Counted from the stretch's first letter, positions 29,769 to 38,140 are shown. The stretch: DNA of 64,000 bases from Clostridia bacterium (GCA_030637025.1 DAOVVV010000010.1:2257-66256); one strand, 5' to 3'. A program made the numbers and translations. The notes: generated by a model not told the origin, from the sequence alone.

Positions 29769-30226
29769 AACAACAATGGACATATCCCGAATATGTAAAA
29801 AAAACAAATCCTAATTCGATTAAAAAGTTTTATAGGAAAATTTTAAATACTATTGCAAGATTAACCGTTTTTCCACAGATAAGAATGCTTACATATAAAT
29901 TAATGGGCATGAAGATTGGTAAAAAGGTATTTATTGGTCCGGATTGTTATTTGGATGATACATTTCCAGAGCTTATTTATATTGAAGATGAAGCTACTAT
30001 TTCTTTCCGTGTTACAATAGCTGTACATGGAGAGTGTGCAGGTAGAGTTTCAAGTAAAGTATGTCCTGTAATTATTAGAAAGAAGGCATTTATAGGAACA
30101 GGAGCTATTATTTTACCAGGCGTTGAAGTTGGAGAAAATGCTGTTGTGGGGGCAGGGGCCGTTGTTACAAAGGATGTTGTTCCGGGTATAACTGTAATTG
30201 GTATTCCAGCAAAGGTATTAAAATGA
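29765..30226 (+). CDS. Left-handed beta-helix (hexapeptide-repeat) acetyltransferase, WcaF-like
   Basis: C-terminal hexapeptide repeats (IGTGAIILPGVEVGENAVVGAGAVV). N-terminal region resembles WcaF/colanic-acid O-acetyltransferases. 4-bp overlap with the upstream gene. Confidence 0.7.
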   Translation: MKQQWTYPEYVKKTNPNSIKKFYRKILNTIARLTVFPQIRMLTYKLMGMKIGKKVFIGPDCYLDDTFPELIYIEDEATISFRVTIAVHGECAGRVSSKVCPVIIRKKAFIGTGAIILPGVEVGENAVVGAGAVVTKDVVPGITVIGIPAKVLK

Positions 30227-31356
30227 AGATAATGTTTTGGATATTTATAACAATTGTTTTTTATGTTTATTTTGGTTATCCATTGTTATTGATAGTTATT
30301 TCAAAATTCATTAAAAAACCTGTAAAAAGTGAAAAGATAGAACCTTTAGTCTCAATAATTATTACTGCTTACAACGAAGAAAAAAATATCCAAGAAAAAC
30401 TTGATAATACTTTGGCCATTGATTATCCAAAAGATAAATTGGAAATCATTATTGCTTCCGACGGTTCTACAGATAGGACTAATGAAATAGTAAGAGAATT
30501 TGAGGATAAGAGAGTAAAATTAGTTTATGAGCTTACGCACAAAGGTAAATCTTCAATTCAGAATAAAGCAGTGGAAAAAGCTAAAGGTGAAATATTAGTT
30601 TTTTCAGATGCTACATCTATGTATAAAGAAGATGCATTAAAGAAATTAATTTCTAATTTTAATGATGAAAAAGTAGGATGTGTTACAGGAAAAGCTTGTT
30701 ATGTAAATACTGAACAAAGCTCTACTGCAGAGGGAGAAAGTATTTATTGGCGATATGAATTATTTTTAAGGAAAAAAGAAAGTGATATCGGAATATTAGC
30801 TATGGCTAGTGGATGTTTTTTTGCAGTGAGAAAAAATTGTTTTATTCTTATTGATTCTAATACCAGTGATGATTTTATTCTTCCTATGAATGTGGTAAAG
30901 AAAGGGTTTAGAGTGATTTATGATACAAATGCAATTGCTTATGATAAAGTAGTTGTTCCAGCATCAGGATTGCTCAAAACAAAAGCAAGAACTATTGGAA
31001 TGGATGTAAAAGGACTTTTTTTGAATAGGAATCTTTTAAACCCATTTTCTCATTTTGCTGTTGCCTGGTCTTTAATATCTCATAAGCTTTTGCGATGGTT
31101 GATTCCTTTTTTCTTAATGGGGTTTTTTATATGTAATTTGTTTTTATTAGATTATCATTTCTATCAAATATTCTTTGTTTTACAAATATTGTTTTATCTT
31201 CTAGCTGGTTTGGGTTATTTATTCCAGAAATTTGGTAAAAAAACTAAATTATTGGGAATACCCTTTAGTTTTTGTGTGGTTAATACTGCTGCTTTGATAG
31301 GGACATTGAAGTTTTTATTGGGCAAAGCTTCAGGAAAGTGGGAGCCAATTAGGTAA
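30223..31356 (+). CDS. Membrane-anchored glycosyltransferase family 2
   Basis: N-terminal TM, then SIIITAYNEE…IIASDGSTDRT…FSDAT GT2 motifs, then C-terminal TM helices. Confidence 0.75.
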   Translation: MKIMFWIFITIVFYVYFGYPLLLIVISKFIKKPVKSEKIEPLVSIIITAYNEEKNIQEKLDNTLAIDYPKDKLEIIIASDGSTDRTNEIVREFEDKRVKLVYELTHKGKSSIQNKAVEKAKGEILVFSDATSMYKEDALKKLISNFNDEKVGCVTGKACYVNTEQSSTAEGESIYWRYELFLRKKESDIGILAMASGCFFAVRKNCFILIDSNTSDDFILPMNVVKKGFRVIYDTNAIAYDKVVVPASGLLKTKARTIGMDVKGLFLNRNLLNPFSHFAVAWSLISHKLLRWLIPFFLMGFFICNLFLLDYHFYQIFFVLQILFYLLAGLGYLFQKFGKKTKLLGIPFSFCVVNTAALIGTLKFLLGKASGKWEPIR

Positions 31357-31409
31357 ATCCAATCCCAAGTTTCTATTTGAATAGATAGGAAGGAAAGATA
31401 AGAAGATTT

Positions 31410-32179
31410 ATGAAATATATCAAAATGGCAGTAAAGAATGTGATTCCAAAGAAATATTATACTTTAGTGAGGAGTATTTATTCTTCCATTAAATATTTTG
31501 GTTTGCGTTTTAAATGTCCCTGTTGTGGAGGAAATTTTCGTAAATTTCTATCTTGTGGTATTAAATTACGAAGAAATGCTTTATGTCCTAGGTGTGGATC
31601 TTTAGAACGACATCGTCTTTTGTACTTATACCTCAAAGATAAAACCAATTTTTTTAGTGAACAGTTAAGAGTTTTTGATATTGCTCCCATGTATTTTTTT
31701 GCAAAAAAATGTAAGAAGTTGAAAAAACTTAATTATATTAGTGTTGATATTTTATCTCCAATAGCAATGGTTAAAATGGACATTAGAAATATTAGTTTCT
31801 CTAATAATCAATTTGATTGTATAATTTGTTACCATGTTCTTGAACATATTCTTGATGATGAAAAAGCAATGAGAGAATTGTATAGAATCTTAAAGCCGGG
31901 TGGTTGGGCAATATTGCAATCACCTATAGATTACAATCGCGAGAAGACTTTAGAGGATTCTAATATCGTGTCACCTACGAGCGAGAGCGTTTTTTTGGAC
32001 AAAAAAGCCATGTTAGGATATATGGGCAAGACTATAAAGATAGACTTGAAAAGGCAGGGTTTATTGTGAAACTTGATAACTATGTTAGAGAACTAGGAAA
32101 TAATATCATCAAAAAATATGGTTTGGATAAGAATGAGAGTATATATTATTGTACCAAATCAAAATCAAAAGGGAATTAG
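31410..32179 (+). pseudogene. Class I SAM-dependent methyltransferase (Methyltransf_11-like) with an N-terminal Zn-ribbon. Interrupted by a -1/+2 frameshift near 31995-32010 (a T7/A6 homopolymer tract).
   Basis: The ORF 31410..32069 ends prematurely. The alternative frame continues …VRIYGQDYKDRLEKAGFIVKL…SKSKGN* to the TAG at 32177-32179, which is the typical methyltransferase C-terminus. The shift maps to gtttttttggacaaaaaagcc. Confidence 0.5.
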
Positions 32180-32260
32180 GGGACGTAGTTTAAAGGTTAA
32201 AAGTATTGATATATGATTGAAAAAAGGATAAACGAAACGTATGCCAAGAGAAGCCAGAAT
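32174..32260 (+). repeat. Left copy of an ~87-bp direct repeat (RAYT promoter region plus the first 7 codons ATGCCAAGAGAAGCCAGAAT) lying upstream of the Fic gene
   Basis: About 90% identical to 33640-33726. Overlaps the 3' end of the frameshifted methyltransferase. Confidence 0.8.
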
Positions 32261-32432
32261 TTTGAGGGACGTTGTCAATTTGTCAAGTTGTGATAAAAAA
32301 AGAAGAGATTAATAAAAAAGAGAAGATGTAAAGGAGAGGGGAAGAAGTAACTAAAAATAAAGCAAAAGTAATAGAAAAGATAATTAGTTAATAAAGGATG
32401 CAACGTTCCCTATATTGCTTGGAGGTATTGAG

Positions 32433-33566
32433 ATGAATCTTAAAGATTTTAAAGCTGGTGTTTATAGACAACAATATCAATATAAAAGTTTTCTACCTGA
32501 AAAAATAAATCATCCATGGATTTGGGATGATCCTAAAATCAATGTCCTATTAGAAAAAGCCACTCAATCATTAGGTGAACTTAATGCATTTTCACTTATT
32601 GTTCCAGATGTAGATGTTTTTATTCAAATGCATATTGTCAAAGAAGCACAAGCGTCAAGCAAAATAGAAGGTACAAAAACCAACATAGATGAAGCAATAA
32701 TGGATAAGAATGTTATAGTTCCTGAAAAAAGGGATGACTGGCAAGAAGTAAAAAACTATATAGCGGCAATGAAATATGCTATTAGGAAACTTGAGAAGTT
32801 ACCATTAAGCAACAGATTATTAAAAGGGATGCATAAAATTTTATTGATGGGGGCTCGTGGCAAACACAAATTACCAGGAGAGTTTCGTAGAACCCAAAAC
32901 TGGTTTGGAGGTTCAAGCCCATCAGATGCTGTTTTTGTACCACCAACCCATGATGAAGTACCGGAGCTTATGGGCGACATTGAAAAGTTTTTGCACAACG
33001 AAGAGATAGAAGTTCCTCATCTTATCAAAATAGCAATTGGGCATTATCAATTCGAGACTGTTCATCCATTTAATGATGGAAATGGCCGTTGTGGCAGATT
33101 GATGATAACATTTTATTTAGTTGCAAATAAATTGCTTATTAAACCTTCATTATATTTATCTGATTTCTTTGAAAAAAACAGAATATCTTATTATGACGCG
33201 CTTTCTCGTGTACGAGAAAGTAACGATTTATCACACTGGATAAAATTTTTCTTAAATGGAATTACAGTGACTGCAGAAAAAGGGAAGAAAACATTTCAAG
33301 GAATATTGAAACTTAAAAATGATATCGACGCAAAAATAGTAAAACTCAACAGAAAAGCTGAAAGAGGAAGAGAATTTGTTCATTACCTTTATAGTAAACC
33401 AATAGTAAGTATTAATGATGTAGTTAATTTTTTTAAGATAACTAAAAAGTCTGCCATTTCTTTGGTTAGTGATTTTGAGAAATTAGGAATATTAAAGGAG
33501 TTAACTGGATATAAAAGAAATAAACTATTTGCTTTTAGTGATTATTTGGAATTGTTCTTAAAGTAA
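32433..33566 (+). CDS. Fic/DOC-family protein (class II Fic with an N-terminal inhibitory SxxxEG helix), predicted AMPylator
   Basis: Canonical active-site motif HPFNDGNGRCGRL (HxFx[D/E]GNGRxxR). N-terminal ASSKIEGT carries the [S/T]xxxE[G/N] inhibitory motif. C-terminal wHTH-like tail. Start chosen at 32433 (ggaggtattgag-ATG). Confidence 0.8.
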   Translation: MNLKDFKAGVYRQQYQYKSFLPEKINHPWIWDDPKINVLLEKATQSLGELNAFSLIVPDVDVFIQMHIVKEAQASSKIEGTKTNIDEAIMDKNVIVPEKRDDWQEVKNYIAAMKYAIRKLEKLPLSNRLLKGMHKILLMGARGKHKLPGEFRRTQNWFGGSSPSDAVFVPPTHDEVPELMGDIEKFLHNEEIEVPHLIKIAIGHYQFETVHPFNDGNGRCGRLMITFYLVANKLLIKPSLYLSDFFEKNRISYYDALSRVRESNDLSHWIKFFLNGITVTAEKGKKTFQGILKLKNDIDAKIVKLNRKAERGREFVHYLYSKPIVSINDVVNFFKITKKSAISLVSDFEKLGILKELTGYKRNKLFAFSDYLELFLK

Positions 33567-33634
33567 ACTATAAAAATCCATAGTTTACTTTAAGGCATCA
33601 AAGTAAACTATAAAAATCCATAGTTTACTTTGAT
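33567..33634. repeat. Two tandem copies of the hairpin aagtaaactataaaaatccatagtttactt (11-bp stem), between Fic and RAYT
   Basis: Read directly. Perfect palindromic arms. No U-tail. Confidence 0.8.
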
Positions 33635-33639
33635 AAAGG

Positions 33640-33726
33640 ATTAAGGGACGTAGTTTAAAAGTTTAAAGTATTGACATATGATTGAAAAAAGGATAAACTA
33701 AGCCTATGCCAAGAGAAGCCAGAATA
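33640..33726 (+). repeat. Right copy of the ~87-bp direct repeat: the authentic RAYT promoter and 5' coding end
   Basis: See 32174-32260. Confidence 0.8.
33671..33699 (+). promoter_or_regulatory. Putative RAYT promoter TTGACA-N17-TAAACT inside the right direct repeat
   Basis: ttgaca 33671-33676, taaact 33694-33699. The left-repeat copy is degenerate (ttgata…taaacg). Confidence 0.45.
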
Positions 33727-34695
33727 GATTATCCAGGAGCTCTGCACCATGTAATTGGAAGAGGGATAGAAAGAAGTAAAATATTTGAAGAGGATACGGA
33801 TAAGGAAAAGTTTTTACTTCGATTAAAGTTACTATTAGATAAGAGTGGTATGCAATGTTATGCATGGTGTATTATGGATAATCATTTTCATTTGTTACTT
33901 CTTACCGGGAAAACCCCGTTATCAGAATTCATGAGAAAATTACTAACGGGATATGCTGTTAATTATAATAAAGAGCACAAGAGAATTGGTCATTTATTTC
34001 AAAATAGATATAAATCAATATTATGTGATAGGGATGAATATTTGTTGCCGCTAATAAGATATATACATTTAAATCCGGTAAGAGTGAAAAAAGTGGAGAT
34101 AAATAAATTGCCTGGATATAAATGGACAAGTCATAAAGAAATGATAAATAAGCAGAAGAAAGAAGATAAATTAATAGAAGCAGAAGAAGTCTTGGGATAT
34201 TTTGGGAAGAGGAGAAAGGAATCAATAGCAGGATATGTAGAATATGTTAGAGAAGGAAAAGAATTAAGAGAAGATTATGGGGGAGGGGGATTAATAAGGA
34301 GGGCAGGAGGAATAAAAGAAATATTGAAGAGAAAAGCTGAGGAGCGAGAGCTGTATGATGAGCGGATATTAGGGTCGGGAGGATTTGTAGAAGAAACCTT
34401 GAGGAGGATGGAGCAAGAAGAAGATAAATATCCAAAGATCAGGAATATAGAGGAGCTAATAGGGAGAATCAGCAGGTATTATGGTATAGAAGTAGAAGAG
34501 ATAATAGAAACGAGGAAAAAGAAAGTAAGAGAAGCGAGGAGTGTATTAGTATATTTGGCGAGTAAATATTTAAAGGAAACAGGGGTAAAAATAGGAAAGT
34601 TGTTGGGAGTAGGAAAAGGAGCGATAAGTATAGCAAAAGAAAAAGGTAGAAATTTTTGTAAAGAGAAAGGGATTGAGGGGCACATATTACAATAA
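33706..34695 (+). mobile_element. REP-associated tyrosine transposase (RAYT; IS200-like Y1 HuH family) with a C-terminal DnaA-C-like HTH extension. Intact.
   Basis: HuH motif (DNHFHLLL), catalytic-Tyr region (FQNRYKS), and the RAYT-specific Y-I-H-L-N-P-V-R motif. No IS terminal inverted repeats. Surrounded by REP-like hairpins. Its own TTGACA-N17-TAAACT promoter is at 33671-33699. Confidence 0.75.
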
Positions 34696-34950
34696 ATTAA
34701 ACAATTGAGCAGCGTCCTTAAAATGATATGATAGGTTTTATTGAAAGCAAAAAATATTTTATGCAATAGTAAATGTTGTTTTGTACATAAAATATTGTTG
34801 TTTTGTGCATAATTGTATGGTATAGGATTTTGAAGCACAACGGAGTTTACTTGGTTGACTTAAAGGGAAAATTAGTAAACGGTCTTAGAATAAAAGAATT
34901 GGAGTTAGATTTTTACATTTTACATTAAAGATAAAAATAATGCTAAATGG

Positions 34951-34977
34951 ATAGATTCCTGCTTTTGCAGGAATGAC
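34951..34977. repeat. Family A REP hairpin in reverse orientation (atagattcctgcttttgcaggaatgac), directly downstream of the RAYT
   Basis: Read directly. Followed by the ccgcctcaggcgg module. Confidence 0.85.
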
Positions 34978-35007
34978 CCGACTAATCCTCCGCCTCAGGC
35001 GGATAAG

Positions 35008-35056
35008 GCGGAGCGGGCAGGCAACAAGGGAAGAAGGCTATTTTGCAGAAGGCTAA
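35008..35056. repeat. About 50-bp gene-proximal module …agcgggcaggcaacaagggaagaaggctattttgcagaaggctaa
   Basis: Also at 47845-47890 and 48604-48650. Each copy ends 30-100 bp upstream of a start codon (35153, 47919, 48674). Confidence 0.75.
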
Positions 35057-35152
35057 ATGCTCATTAAAATAAGGAGGGGACAGTTGGTTGTATGTTTTTC
35101 CATATGGTAAAATTATAAAAATTAAACGAGAAGGGTTAAGGAGAGATTTATT

Positions 35153-35524
35153 ATGGGCAAGGATATCAAATTAAAAGATATTGAATTAAGATTTAGATTT
35201 ATGAAAGATGAAAACTATTTATTAGATGGGTATCATATGTCTACGGAAATTAAAAAACAAGTGGAAGTTAATTTAAGAGATTATGTTAAGGAAAACAAAA
35301 ATACAATATTGTCCAGGTTAAATGCGTTGAGAAATAAACTGGAAAAGTATCCTCAATTTGCAGTAAGTGTATATTTAGATGCAGAAGTGAACGGATATTC
35401 TAATGGAAGTATCGATTTTACGTTACTTGTTTGTGCAACAATAGGTGGACGGTCTATTGTAGACAAAATTAAAGTTAAGGATAATAGATTAAACGAAATG
35501 TTTACTATTGCGACAGGAAAATAG
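35153..35524 (+). CDS. Hypothetical protein (123 aa)
   Basis: ORF with an RBS (aaggagag) and no recognisable motif. Has an extended -10 promoter-like sequence and a repeat module upstream. Confidence 0.45.
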   Translation: MGKDIKLKDIELRFRFMKDENYLLDGYHMSTEIKKQVEVNLRDYVKENKNTILSRLNALRNKLEKYPQFAVSVYLDAEVNGYSNGSIDFTLLVCATIGGRSIVDKIKVKDNRLNEMFTIATGK

Positions 35525-35620
35525 AAAGGCAGTAAAGACGAAAAAGAAGGTTTAAAGTGGTTGGGAAAGATATAAAGATAGTTGCTAAAGACGGTTACAT
35601 TGATTTCAAGAGGAGTAAAG

Positions 35621-36529
35621 ATGGAAATTTTGATTGTTTTTTTGGGTAGTTTGTTGGTTTCTTTGTTGATGATACCTTTGATAATGAAAATAGCAATAAA
35701 GAAAAGTTTTTTTGACCGGCCGGAAAATGTTTTAAAAATCCACAAAGAGCCCATCCCGCATTTGGGAGGGGTGGCTATTTTTATTAGTTTGGTGGTGGGG
35801 TTAATTACTGCCGGTTTTTTATTGGAATCATTTAAGTTTGCCGGAATTATAAGTATGGTTGTTGCTGCGGGTATAGTTTTTTTTATGGGTTTATGGGATG
35901 ATTTTAAAGAAGTTAAACCTGTTTATCGGTTTATAGCCCAGATAAGTGCAGGAATTATTCTGGTTTTGTCCGGATATAAAATAGGTTTTGTCAATTGTCC
36001 GGGTTTGAGCGGGATTTTGATTGTTCTTTATGTTTTAGGTTCGATAAACAGTATGAATTTACTGGATGGGATAGATGGATTAGCTGCCGGGGTGACCTTA
36101 ATTATTGGCTTGGGATTTTTAACGGCTTTTATTATGCAGGCTAATTTTTTTGGAATAGTTGTATCACTTATCTTTATTGGGGCGGTATGGGGTTTTTTAC
36201 CTTATAATTTTCCTAAAGCGTTTATATTTATGGGAGATAACGGAAGTACGCTTCTGGGGTTTATCTTAGCTTTTTTAGCCATAAATCTTGCTCAGTCCTC
36301 TGAGTTTAGCTGGTTTATTGCCTCGGTTGTGATTATGGGAGTGCCTATCATTGACACAGCGGTAGCAATTGCAAGGAGAATAATAAAGAAACGGCCGATT
36401 TTCCAGGGGGATCGCAGTCATATTTATGATTGGTTAATGGATAAAGGGATGAGTTCGAAAGAAACGGTATTTATTTTTTGCATAGCGGGGTTTGTTTTTC
36501 TTGTTATAGGATTGGTGGTGGGGGTATAA
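35621..36529 (+). CDS. Polyprenyl-phosphate HexNAc-1-phosphate transferase (WecA/MraY family, GT4-PNPT), the initiating phosphoglycosyl transferase
   Basis: Polytopic. Conserved PNPT motifs: …FMGLWDDFKEVKP…, NSMNLLDGIDGLAAG, FMGDNGSTLLGF. Start at 35621 (aggagtaaag-ATG) preferred over the track start at 35582. Confidence 0.8.
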   Translation: MEILIVFLGSLLVSLLMIPLIMKIAIKKSFFDRPENVLKIHKEPIPHLGGVAIFISLVVGLITAGFLLESFKFAGIISMVVAAGIVFFMGLWDDFKEVKPVYRFIAQISAGIILVLSGYKIGFVNCPGLSGILIVLYVLGSINSMNLLDGIDGLAAGVTLIIGLGFLTAFIMQANFFGIVVSLIFIGAVWGFLPYNFPKAFIFMGDNGSTLLGFILAFLAINLAQSSEFSWFIASVVIMGVPIIDTAVAIARRIIKKRPIFQGDRSHIYDWLMDKGMSSKETVFIFCIAGFVFLVIGLVVGV

Positions 36530-36778
36530 AGACGGTTAAAAGGCGGTTGAATTGGTTTAGATTGGTTTTATTGGTTAGAAAAGAAAAGATAAAAGACAGT
36601 TAAAGACAGTTAAAGACAGTTGGAAAAGACGGTTAAAAGGCGGTTGAATTGGTTTAGATTGGTTTAATCGGTTAGAAAAGAAAAGATAAAAGACAGTTAA
36701 AGACAGTTGGAAAAGACGGTTAAAAGACGGTTGAATTGGTTTAGATTGGTTTTATTGGTTGAAAAGATAAAAGAGACC
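36527..36778. repeat. About 87-bp tandem repeat, ~2.9 copies (aaagacggttaaaaggcggttgaattggtttagattggttttattggttagaaaagaaaagataaaagacagttaaagacagtt…)
   Basis: Read directly. Partial related copies at 50549-50622 and 52228-52268. Confidence 0.85.
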
Positions 36779-36896
36779 TAAAGACAGTCGATAGTCCATA
36801 GACTACAGATAAAGACAAAAGACAAAGACAAAGACAAAGACAAAGACAAAAGACAAAAGACAGAGACAGAGACAGAGACAACGACTAAAGACAAAG
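36779..36896. repeat. 'tccatag' unit (reverse orientation) followed by an (AAAGAC)n/(AGAGAC)n hexanucleotide tract of ~85 bp
   Basis: taaagacagtcgatagtccatagactacag, then aaagacaaaagacaaagacaaagacaaagacaaagacaaaagacaaaagacagagacagagacagagac. Confidence 0.85.
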
Positions 36897-36897
36897 A

Positions 36898-36924
36898 ATA
36901 GATTCCTGTTTGCACGGGAATGAC
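36898..36924. repeat. Family A REP hairpin in reverse orientation (atagattcctgtttgcacgggaatgac)
   Basis: Reverse complement of the 9091 type. Confidence 0.8.
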
Positions 36925-37000
36925 AAGATAAAAAAGACAAAGAATAAAGAGACAGTTCATAGACAGAAACTACGATTATAAATTAGGGGGGAGAAGCAAG

Positions 37001-38140
37001 ATGAGAAAAGATGAGATAATTCCGATAAACAAGCCGAATATGCCGGGTTTAAAATCTCTTTTGCCGGAATATTCAGAGGTTTTTGATAATGGAATGCTCA
37101 CTAATCATAAGTATGTGGGAATCTTTGAGGAAAGGTTAAGGGAATATCTAAGAACAGAGAATGTAGTTTGTGTTTCTTGTTGTACTTCAGGGTTGATGTT
37201 GGTAGCGAAGTGTTTAGTTTTAACCGGGGAAGTGATTGTTCCCAGTTTTACTTTTCCGGCTACGGTGCATTCTTTAATCTGGAATAATTTAACCCCTGTA
37301 TTTGTTGATTGTGATCCGGAAACTTTTAATCTGGATGTTGCCCAGGTAGAGAAAAAAATTACTGAAAAAACATCGGCTATTCTGGGGGTGTATATATTCG
37401 GTAATCCTCCGGAAATGGAGAAGTTAGAGAATTTAGCAAGTAAATATCATCTTAAATTGATATTTGATTCTGCCCATGCTTTAGGGGCCCGGTTTGGAGG
37501 AAAATTTGCCGGCAACTTCGGTGATGCAGAGGTGTTTAGTTTAGCACCTACTAAAATAATTACTTCCGGTGAAGGAGGGATAATTACTACTAAAGAGAAG
37601 ACTTTAGCGGAAAAATTAAGATTAGCCCGTAATTATGGAAATCCCGGTGATTATGATTGTTCTTTGCTGGGGTTGAATGCCAGAATGAATGAGTTGAGTG
37701 CAATATTGGGTTTAAAGAGTATGAATTTATTAGAGGGTAGTATTGCTAAAAGAGAAGTCCTTGTAGATTTATATAAAAGAGAATTGAGTAAAATTGAGGG
37801 AATAGATTTTCAGAAGATTAAAGAGGGGAATCGGACTACTTTTAATTATTTTGCTATCTTAATTAATCCCCGGAAGTTTGGTATGAACAATAAAAAGTTA
37901 CTTTTAGCTTTGAAAGAAAAGGGAATAATGACCCGTATTTATTTTTATCCTCCGGTACACAGGCAAAAGGTTTATAAACAATATTATGCTACATATATAA
38001 ATAGTCTTCCCTGTACGGATAAAATAGCCGATTCAATTATTTGTTTGCCTCTTTATTCGGATATGGGGGAAGAGAGGGTTTTGAGGGTATGTGAGGCAAT
38101 AAAGGATTTGGGCGGGAATACAAGGCATGAAAGAGGTTGA
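37001..38140 (+). CDS. DegT/DnrJ/EryC1/StrS-family PLP-dependent sugar aminotransferase
   Basis: …FDSAHALGARFGGKFAGNFGDAEVFSLAPTKIITSGEGGIITT… (PLP-lysine in APTK). Typical length and N-terminal pattern. Confidence 0.85.
   Translation: MRKDEIIPINKPNMPGLKSLLPEYSEVFDNGMLTNHKYVGIFEERLREYLRTENVVCVSCCTSGLMLVAKCLVLTGEVIVPSFTFPATVHSLIWNNLTPVFVDCDPETFNLDVAQVEKKITEKTSAILGVYIFGNPPEMEKLENLASKYHLKLIFDSAHALGARFGGKFAGNFGDAEVFSLAPTKIITSGEGGIITTKEKTLAEKLRLARNYGNPGDYDCSLLGLNARMNELSAILGLKSMNLLEGSIAKREVLVDLYKRELSKIEGIDFQKIKEGNRTTFNYFAILINPRKFGMNNKKLLLALKEKGIMTRIYFYPPVHRQKVYKQYYATYINSLPCTDKIADSIICLPLYSDMGEERVLRVCEAIKDLGGNTRHERG

Noticed and set aside
32241-32262. A second RAYT start (ATGCCAAGAGAAGCCAGAAT) upstream of fic
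   Set aside because: Only the first 7 codons are conserved and the frame then diverges and terminates. It is a duplicated 5' remnant, not a gene.
32165-34700. Fic as the toxin of a toxin-antitoxin pair, or a prophage remnant
   Set aside because: No small partner ORF adjacent, and no integrase, capsid or terminase genes anywhere in the window. Its association with the RAYT and repeats is better supported.
36527-36930. Possible CRISPR array, suggested by the many short repeats at 36.5 kb, 41.7 kb and 52.2 kb
   Set aside because: Repeats are heterogeneous in length (6, 34, 44 and 87 bp), not separated by unique spacers of constant size, occur as mosaics at many loci, and no cas genes are present.
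36778-36960. 60-aa minus-strand ORF (LSLSLS…)
   Set aside because: Reads through the (AAAGAC)n tract; artefact.
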